A program made the translations under genes and the position numbers. From the NCBI GenBank assembly GCA_902727925.1, contig CACVAW010000044.1, forward strand, positions 15,111-79,110: 64,000 nucleotides of DNA. The letters run 5' to 3'. How positions within the stretch are numbered: the stretch's first letter is position 1; the number at the start of each line of letters is the position of its first letter. The notes beneath the pieces were generated by a model. That model made no database searches, was not told where the DNA came from, and worked only from the letters and a program-made list of their open reading frames with translations. This DNA is from an uncultured Campylobacterales bacterium. Lineage in GTDB: Bacteria; Campylobacterota; Campylobacteria; Campylobacterales; CACVAW01. Below are positions 19,874-26,618 of this stretch, in pieces.

Positions 19874-20713
19874 CTAAGAATATTTTAAACTTTTTACTAG
19901 AGTTTCTAGCTCTAAGATTCTATTAGAATTAATAGCCACCCCTATATTATTTGGAATTTGTGTGATTGGCATTGGTATATTGGAGGTCGGCGCGGTCACT
20001 ATCTTTATTTCTCCTGTAGCAGTATGCATCGCTCCTGCATAATGAATACCCAGCAAGAAGATTCGATTCCCTACCATAATTGTGTTACCTCTACTATCCA
20101 TATACCCCCCTATGTTCGCTAAAAATACGGGGGATCCACTTGAACCGGGAAAGCTAGCAATATCTGTTAAAAATTCAGTATTTCCATTCCACGAAATATT
20201 AGTATGCGTGGCCGTTATACCTTTACGGATGACCGGAAGGTTATTTTTGGAGTCCCATATTCCATTTGGATATCCGATCATTACTATTTCTTCCATGGAA
20301 GATAGGTCAGAACGAATACTATCACTTGGAATCAAACTAATTGGGAGTGCCATATAAAATAATTTATCTCCGCTAGCTTTCACCTGATTTAAGAGAGGTC
20401 CTATAGGGAAAACAGCCAAATCAACCTTTGGGTCAGGATGTAGTACGCACTGATCTTCAAAATTTTCAATTTGAAATTGTTGATGGCTCCCCAAATTTGG
20501 TGCTCCATCGTCTCCTGCTGTAGTTACATGAAACCTACCAAGTTGCGCACCAGCAATTACATGCTTATTGGTAACTATCACAGGAATACTCGAATCCCCA
20601 TTTTGAAGAAAATTCATATAGAAACCTGTACCAGTAGAATTACCACCATTACGAAGAATGGTTTCAATTCTAACTGTACTATGAACTAGCTGTTCAATGG
20701 GCCCGAGATTCAT
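19874..20713 (-). CDS. cytoplasmic trypsin-like (S1 family) serine protease
   Basis: 279 aa. The His/Asp/Ser triad appears in order (VTNKHV, VDLAVF, GSSGSPVF). No signal peptide, TM segment or PDZ domain. The DNA is conspicuously GC-richer than the flanks. Confidence 0.85.
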   Translation of the reverse strand: MNLGPIEQLVHSTVRIETILRNGGNSTGTGFYMNFLQNGDSSIPVIVTNKHVIAGAQLGRFHVTTAGDDGAPNLGSHQQFQIENFEDQCVLHPDPKVDLAVFPIGPLLNQVKASGDKLFYMALPISLIPSDSIRSDLSSMEEIVMIGYPNGIWDSKNNLPVIRKGITATHTNISWNGNTEFLTDIASFPGSSGSPVFLANIGGYMDSRGNTIMVGNRIFLLGIHYAGAMHTATGEIKIVTAPTSNIPMPITQIPNNIGVAINSNRILELETLVKSLKYS

Positions 20714-20886
20714 AAATCACCTTCTTGCATAACTAGTGATAATAATATACTTTGCATAATATCACTTTCCTTTTTGATTTTAAACTATAGAATAGTATTT
20801 TCATTTTTTATTAAATTATCTGAATTATATTCAATTTACTGTATATATTAGTCTATATATTATGATATTAAAACATATTATACTAG

Positions 20887-21021
20887 TTATTAATATTTAG
20901 GATTATACTTTTAGATATTGTAAGTGATAAAATTAGAGTAAAACACTATAACCCTCAAACTGAAAGATCTTATATTGAGAGATTCTTAACTCATCTTATT
21001 CTTAAAAAGAAGTTGAGTTAA
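20887..21021 (+). pseudogene. N-terminal remnant of a tyrosine recombinase (IntI/phage-integrase SAM-like domain)
   Basis: Start-less open frame ...LLDIVSDKIRVKHYNPQTERSYIERFLTHLILKKKLS*. It resembles the conserved LLD-VR--IR-KHYS-RTE-AY--WI-RFI-FH N-terminal signature of integron-type integrases. It stops after about 44 codons, and no catalytic domain follows. Confidence 0.5.
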
Positions 21022-21040
21022 AGCCCTTTGAATTTTTGAA

Positions 21041-21610
21041 TTAACTTTTATCTATAAAACTCTTAATCTCATCAAAAATACCCTCAACACTTCTTTTAGC
21101 ATCAATCACAACATAATCAATCCCCAAAAATTCCAAAACCTTTATCATATTCTCTTGTATAGATAACAAATACTCTATACCTCTAAGCTCTATCTTATCA
21201 TGAGACTTTTTTGAAAGTCTTGTATTTAATTCATCTTTATCTAAGCTAAGAAGTATCACTTTATCAGGTAGCTTCCCATCTAAGCAAAGCTTATTTAAGT
21301 TCCCTAGCATTTCTAAGTCATCAAAGTTTTGCATCGCATAGGCGATACCTGAGACAAGCCCTCTATCACTTATTACAAAATCATTAGGCTCAACAACTCT
21401 TTTGTAATGTTCTGCTCTATCAGCTAAGAATAAAAACATTTCACAAACGCTACTTTTTATGTCATTTTCTAATACTAGGCTTCTTATGGTTTTACCTACA
21501 TTAGTTCCACCTGGTTCTTTTGTGAAGACTGCGTTTTTATATTCTTGCTTTAGTAGTTCTATTTGTGTGGATTTTCCTGCTGTGTCAATTCCTTCAAGAA
21601 TTACATACAT
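21041..21610 (-). CDS. tmk: thymidylate kinase
   Basis: P-loop ILEGIDTAGKSTQ and the DR motif (SDRGLVSGIAY). 189 aa. Confidence 0.9.
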   Translation of the reverse strand: MYVILEGIDTAGKSTQIELLKQEYKNAVFTKEPGGTNVGKTIRSLVLENDIKSSVCEMFLFLADRAEHYKRVVEPNDFVISDRGLVSGIAYAMQNFDDLEMLGNLNKLCLDGKLPDKVILLSLDKDELNTRLSKKSHDKIELRGIEYLLSIQENMIKVLEFLGIDYVVIDAKRSVEGIFDEIKSFIDKS

Positions 21611-22067
21611 ATTTTACTACTCCACTTGGAATTAGGTGTTTTGGACATGTTCCTTTATTAAGGATTGATCTTACTATTGAAGAGCTGACAAAGGCATTTT
21701 TTAGTCTAGGCATAAGATATACGGTATCTATTTTTTCATTAAGAGAGGAGTTGGCATATCCCATTTGGAGCTCATACTCAAAGTCACTAACGACCCTAAG
21801 ACCTCTAATAATTGTAAATATGTCTTTTTTTGCAGCATAGTCAACAAGTAAAGTATCAAAAGACTCAACACTAACTCTTGGCATATCTACAAATGTGCTT
21901 TCTATCATTTCTACTCTTTTATCTATATCAAACATTGGGGTTTTGTTGTCCCCATTTGCTACACCTATGATAACTTCATCAAAGATATTCAAAGCTCTAT
22001 ATATAATATCAACATGACCATTTGTAATAGGATCAAATGTACCTGGATAAATGGCTCTAGTCTTCAT
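21594..22067 (-). CDS. coaD: phosphopantetheine adenylyltransferase
   Basis: AIYPGTFDPITNGHVDII nucleotidyltransferase motif. 157 aa. Confidence 0.95.
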   Translation of the reverse strand: MKTRAIYPGTFDPITNGHVDIIYRALNIFDEVIIGVANGDNKTPMFDIDKRVEMIESTFVDMPRVSVESFDTLLVDYAAKKDIFTIIRGLRVVSDFEYELQMGYANSSLNEKIDTVYLMPRLKNAFVSSSIVRSILNKGTCPKHLIPSGVVKYVCNS

Positions 22068-22154
22068 ATGTCTAGCCTTTAAGAGTTTTAATAAAGTGTC
22101 ATTATAACACTATCAAATTATAAAGTTTTCATAAAGCTTTATAATTTTAAAAAC

Positions 22155-22168
22155 TTGACAATTATCAA
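22155..22168 (+). promoter_or_regulatory. Crp/Fnr-family (NssR-like) operator upstream of the globin gene
   Basis: TTGACaattATCAA matches 9 of 10 positions of the TTGAT-N4-ATCAA palindrome. A TATAAT hexamer lies at 22191-22196, which puts the box centre near -41.5 of a plausible transcription start (class II geometry). Confidence 0.5.
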
Positions 22169-22227
22169 GACATTAATTCAAAATATGTACTATAATTACC
22201 TAAAATATATTCAAAGGTATCAAAAAT

Positions 22228-22650
22228 ATGGACAAGCAAACAATATCAATCATCAAAGCAACTGCTCCTATTTTAAAGAGTAAAGGAGAAGAGATAACTA
22301 CACAGATGTATTTTCTTCTTTTTAATAGATATCCAGAAGTAAAAGAGCTTTTCAAGAATGCTGGCAAAGATCAATACAAAAAACTTGCAAATGCGGTCTA
22401 TGCCTATGCTGCAAATATTGACAAACTAGAAAACTTAGAAAAAAGTATAGCTACAATAACATCTAAGCACGTTGAGACAAACATCAAGCCTGAACACTAT
22501 CCACTAGTAGGAGAATGTCTAATTCAAGCTATCAAAGATGTACTTAAAGATGATGCTACAAAAGAAGTTATAGATGCTTGGAGTAATGCTTATACATTTC
22601 TAGCTGATGTATTTATAGCAAAAGAAAAAGGGCTTTATGAAGCTAAGTGA
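22228..22650 (+). CDS. cgb: single-domain bacterial haemoglobin (Cgb-like)
   Basis: 140 aa. Globin fold with TKHVETNIKPEHYPLVGECL (proximal His region). Size and context match Campylobacter Cgb. Confidence 0.8.
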   Translation: MDKQTISIIKATAPILKSKGEEITTQMYFLLFNRYPEVKELFKNAGKDQYKKLANAVYAYAANIDKLENLEKSIATITSKHVETNIKPEHYPLVGECLIQAIKDVLKDDATKEVIDAWSNAYTFLADVFIAKEKGLYEAK

Positions 22651-23260
22651 AGTACTTAAAAAAATAGAGTTTTTTTCACACTTAGATGATCATGAGTTAT
22701 TAGAGCTTGAAAATATTTCATCTTTATCTAAATATGTGAAAGATCAATCTGTATTTACCCAAGGTGACAATAATACCCATCTGCTTATATTAGTAGATGG
22801 GTCTGTGAATGTCTATAAAAGTGATGACAAGGGAAACCAAATAATAATAGGTACATTTAAACCATACTCTTTTATAGCCGAAGCAGCAACCCTAAATAAA
22901 ATACCTTTTCCATCTTCTTGTATATTCACAAGTGCAGGATATATACTAAAAATAGATTTAATAAAGTTTGAAAAGATGTTTTTATTAAAATATAGAGTCT
23001 CATACGAAATAATCAAATCACTACTAAGCAAGATAGACCTACTTCAACAAAATATTCATTTCAACCTAGCTTCAAACTCAAAAGATAAAATTTTGTATTT
23101 CTATAGCAAAAACGAAGACTTACAAACAAAACTAAAACAATATGAAATAGCTTCTATACTCAATATCACACCAGAAACACTATCAAGAAACACAAACAAA
23201 CTGATAAAAGAAAAAAAGCTAATAAGGATAGGAAGCCTTTATAAAGTCAACAAAAACTAA
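22637..23260 (+). CDS. Crp/Fnr family transcriptional regulator (NssR-like)
   Basis: N-terminal cNMP-binding beta-roll (FFSHLDDHELLELE...) and a C-terminal HTH (YEIASILNITPETLSRNTNKL). It lacks the N-terminal Cys cluster of Fnr. Overlaps the globin gene by 14 bp. Confidence 0.8.
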   Translation: MKLSEVLKKIEFFSHLDDHELLELENISSLSKYVKDQSVFTQGDNNTHLLILVDGSVNVYKSDDKGNQIIIGTFKPYSFIAEAATLNKIPFPSSCIFTSAGYILKIDLIKFEKMFLLKYRVSYEIIKSLLSKIDLLQQNIHFNLASNSKDKILYFYSKNEDLQTKLKQYEIASILNITPETLSRNTNKLIKEKKLIRIGSLYKVNKN

Positions 23261-23781
23261 CCTTCCCACCTCTTAAACAAATCATGCTCAATACCAAGTA
23301 AATCAAACCACTTACCAATCACAAAATTCTCCATATCATCTAAAGAGCTTTGTTCTGAATAGTACCCCATTACAGGAGGAGCTATGATAACTCCATTTGA
23401 AGAAAGCTTAGCCATATTTTCCAGTATGATAGTACTATATGGCATTTCACGGACTGCAAGTATTAGTTTTCTTCTTTCTTTTAGCATCACACTCGCTGCG
23501 CGCGAAATAAGATTATCACTTATACCACAAGCTATTTTACTAAGAGTATTTGTACTACAAGGTACTACTATCATAGCATCTGTCTTATATGAACCTGAAG
23601 CTACATTTGCACTTATAGTAGAGTTTTTATGTATATTTATATGATTTTCTTTTTCTAGTACTACTTTTGAGTTATCACTAAGAATAACATTCACTTCGAT
23701 ATCTTTAGGGATTAGTTTTACTAGCTTAAGTCCTAAGTTAGCTCCACTTGCCCCACTAATTGCTACTGTTATTCTTACCAT
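23257..23781 (-). CDS. ubiX: flavin prenyltransferase UbiX
   Basis: 174 aa. ITVAISGASGANLG...VVPCSTNTLSKIA pattern. Confidence 0.9.
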   Translation of the reverse strand: MVRITVAISGASGANLGLKLVKLIPKDIEVNVILSDNSKVVLEKENHINIHKNSTISANVASGSYKTDAMIVVPCSTNTLSKIACGISDNLISRAASVMLKERRKLILAVREMPYSTIILENMAKLSSNGVIIAPPVMGYYSEQSSLDDMENFVIGKWFDLLGIEHDLFKRWEG

Positions 23782-23869
23782 TGATATACTTTTAAATCAC
23801 CATCATCTAAAAACTCATTAATTACCTTGCTACCTTTAGAACAAAAAAACTTACTATAGAACACTAATT

Positions 23870-24148
23870 TCACGCAGATATCTTAATTTCGAGACCAAAA
23901 GAAGAAATTATTTTATTAATAGTTTCAAATCCTGGTTTAGCTCCATTATTAAATACTTTATATAAACTTTGTCTTCCTAGCCCAGAATTTTTAGAAATTT
24001 CACTCATACCTTTTGATTTTGCCACATTACCTAAGGCTTCCAAAAATTCATCCATATCACCATCTTTTAAAATTTGTGATAAGTATTCTGATATAGATTC
24101 TTTACTATCTAGATATTCAGATAAATCAAATTTTGTTATTTTATGCAT
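23870..24148 (-). CDS. HigA-family addiction-module antidote protein (HTH)
   Basis: 92 aa. The pattern DLSEYLDSKESISEYL...GMSEISKNSGLGRQSLYKVF is typical of the TIGR02684-type antidote. Overlaps the upstream toxin gene by 8 bp. Confidence 0.75.
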   Translation of the reverse strand: MHKITKFDLSEYLDSKESISEYLSQILKDGDMDEFLEALGNVAKSKGMSEISKNSGLGRQSLYKVFNNGAKPGFETINKIISSFGLEIKISA

Positions 24149-24398
24149 AAATTAACTCCTCTAAAACTTTCTTTGCTTTAGCAATGTCTTTAGTTTGAGT
24201 AGACTTATCTCCACCTACTAGTAATACAACTATACTGTCTTCTTTTTTTGTATAGTATATTCTATATCCGGGACCTACTTTAACCCTTAGCTCAAATAAA
24301 TTGCTAGATATGGACTTATAGTCTCCAAAATTACCATTTTTAATTCTATCAATTCTTCTTAATATTGATATACGAGCTTTAATGTCTTTAAAAGCCAA
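24141..24398 (-). CDS. RelE/ParE-superfamily addiction-module killer protein
   Basis: 85 aa. The pattern ...RIDRIKNGNFGDYKSISSNLFELRVKVGPGYRIYYTK...VVLLVGGDKSTQTKDI is typical of TIGR02683-type toxins. Confidence 0.75.
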   Translation of the reverse strand: MAFKDIKARISILRRIDRIKNGNFGDYKSISSNLFELRVKVGPGYRIYYTKKEDSIVVLLVGGDKSTQTKDIAKAKKVLEELIYA

Positions 24399-24515
24399 CT
24401 ATTAAATAACTCCGTCTTATATATATTCATATTGTATCTGATTGGAGACAAAAAGTCAAAGTATTCATTTTTAAGTTATACATTAATTTCTAGAAGAACT
24501 TCTACAGTTCTTCTT

Positions 24516-25859
24516 TTACTTCAAATACTTTCTAGGATCTGTTATCTTACCCTCTATGGCACTTGCTGCTACTGTTGCTGGGCTTGCTAAGAATACTAGT
24601 GAACTTCCGTGTCCCATACGACCTTTGTAGTTTCTGTTTGATGAGCTTATCATTTTGCCTTTGTTTGATAGTACACCCATGTGTTTACCAAAACATGGTC
24701 CGCAGTTTGAGCTTTCTAGGTTTGCTCCTGCTTTTGCGTATTTGGCGAAGTCTCCGTTTTCTAGTATTTGGTTATATATTTTTCTACTTCCTGGAATTAC
24801 TATTAGGTTTACATCTGGATGAACTTGTCTGTCATTTACTATTCTTGCGCCAATGGCAAGATCACTTAATCTTCCGTTGGTACATGAGCCAATATACGCG
24901 TTATTTACTATAGCGTCAGTTACACTTGCGAATGAGTGTGAAGACTCTCTTTGTGAGCGTTCTATCATCTCATCAAGTTTTGATATTCCTATTACATTTG
25001 CTGGAAGATGTGGGAACGCTACCATAGGCTCAATCGCACTTAAATCTATATCTATCACTTTTTCATAAGAGCTTAAGTCGTTTTCGAAGTTTGATTTGAA
25101 GCTATCCCACTGAGTCCCTGTTGCATTTATGTATTTATCGATTTCGTCATCATATTCAAATATTCCAGTTCTTGCACTCATTTCTACACACATATTTGCC
25201 ATCGAAAATCTATCATCCATATTAAGTGAGGCTATACCTTTTCCACCAAATTCTGCTACCATCTTTGAGCATCCTTGTGCACCCAACATACCTATGATAT
25301 AGAGTATCACATCTTTACCACTTACACCAAGACCAAGCTTGCCTGTTAGGTTAAAATATATTGATTTTGGTACTGTAAAGTTATACATAAATCCTGTAGC
25401 CATAGCAAGTTGCGCGTCAGTTGTGCCAGCTCCAAAGCTTAATGCGTTTATAGCTCCATTTGTATCGGTATGTGAGTCAGTCCCTATTACTATGTCTCCA
25501 GCGACTATATGACCACTCTCAGCCATAAGGATATGCTCTACTCCATCACCCTCTTTAAACATCTTGATACCAGTCTTGCCTGCAAATTCACGCATCATGT
25601 CCATACCTTCACTTACTTTTGCTGAGCTTGATGGTACAGTATGATCAGGAATAAGAAATATTCTTGAAGGATCATATACTTGTTTTGCTGGGTCTACATT
25701 CTTAAGAGTATTTCCAAAATCATTTTGAAAGTATGCAAGTGCTGGAGGTGCTATTACTTCATTCATAAACATTTTTGTTATAGGAAGACGCTCTACTAGG
25801 TCTCCTGCTTTGACTGATCTACCAATATTATGTGATACTATTTGTTCTACTAATGTCAT
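24516..25859 (-). CDS. leuC: aconitase-family dehydratase large subunit (LeuC type-2-like), no adjacent small subunit
   Basis: 447 aa. Fe-S ligand contexts GTDSHT, IGSCTNGR and CGPCFG. No leuD-like ORF on either side. Confidence 0.75.
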   Translation of the reverse strand: MTLVEQIVSHNIGRSVKAGDLVERLPITKMFMNEVIAPPALAYFQNDFGNTLKNVDPAKQVYDPSRIFLIPDHTVPSSSAKVSEGMDMMREFAGKTGIKMFKEGDGVEHILMAESGHIVAGDIVIGTDSHTDTNGAINALSFGAGTTDAQLAMATGFMYNFTVPKSIYFNLTGKLGLGVSGKDVILYIIGMLGAQGCSKMVAEFGGKGIASLNMDDRFSMANMCVEMSARTGIFEYDDEIDKYINATGTQWDSFKSNFENDLSSYEKVIDIDLSAIEPMVAFPHLPANVIGISKLDEMIERSQRESSHSFASVTDAIVNNAYIGSCTNGRLSDLAIGARIVNDRQVHPDVNLIVIPGSRKIYNQILENGDFAKYAKAGANLESSNCGPCFGKHMGVLSNKGKMISSSNRNYKGRMGHGSSLVFLASPATVAASAIEGKITDPRKYLK

Positions 25860-25900
25860 CTTTTGTTATCCTTAATTATTCTTATAAGTTTTTGTATTAT

Positions 25901-26602
25901 CTATTCTAAATATCCGCATCCCATTATACCGCCAGCAAGATTTATCGCATTTTTAAAGTCAAATCTATCTTTTAGTATTTGGCATACTTGAGCACTACGT
26001 GAACCTGCATGACAATATACTACTGTTGGAATATCTTTAAAGTCTTTGATACTGTCAACATCTTTAAAAAACATACTTGTAGGCAATATCACATCAGTAT
26101 CAGGAATTTTCCCATTTCTTTCTTCTAAAAGTTCTCTAACGTCTACAAGTTTGAAGTTAAGTTTACCTTCATTTCTTGCGTCTAAAAGCCGTCTAAGTTC
26201 ATGTGATGATATTTCTGGTCTACTAAGTATTCCCTCAAGTTCTTTTGGGACACTACTATTTATTGATTCTTCTTTATTCTTTACAAAAGTAGGATCATTA
26301 AATATTTTACAATGACAAGAACCTTCATTTGGTATTTCATTTGTTAATGCTGGTGTACAAGGACACATTCTATTTTCAGAATCTTTTACTTGTTCCTCTT
26401 TCGTCTCACCCATCACCATAAAACAAGGACAAAAATACTCACCATAAACTATCTTATTTCTAGTCAGTCCGATTTTTATGTTTTCGTTTATTTCATTGTT
26501 TTCGTTATATACAAAATTATTAACTTTACATACATTATCAGTATATCTAACTGTGTTTTTTAACTCTTCTTTAAATTGTGGTGAATTTATATCTATTTTC
26601 AT
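25901..26602 (-). CDS. ferredoxin-thioredoxin-reductase-catalytic-like domain fused to a rhodanese domain
   Basis: N-terminal half has CPC-x19-CPC-x13-CHC (FCPCF...MCPCT...SCHCK), the FTR catalytic-subunit cysteine pattern. C-terminal half has a rhodanese fold with active-site loop YCHAGSRS. Confidence 0.6.
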   Translation of the reverse strand: MKIDINSPQFKEELKNTVRYTDNVCKVNNFVYNENNEINENIKIGLTRNKIVYGEYFCPCFMVMGETKEEQVKDSENRMCPCTPALTNEIPNEGSCHCKIFNDPTFVKNKEESINSSVPKELEGILSRPEISSHELRRLLDARNEGKLNFKLVDVRELLEERNGKIPDTDVILPTSMFFKDVDSIKDFKDIPTVVYCHAGSRSAQVCQILKDRFDFKNAINLAGGIMGCGYLE

Positions 26603-26618
26603 CTGTTTTCCTCAAGTA

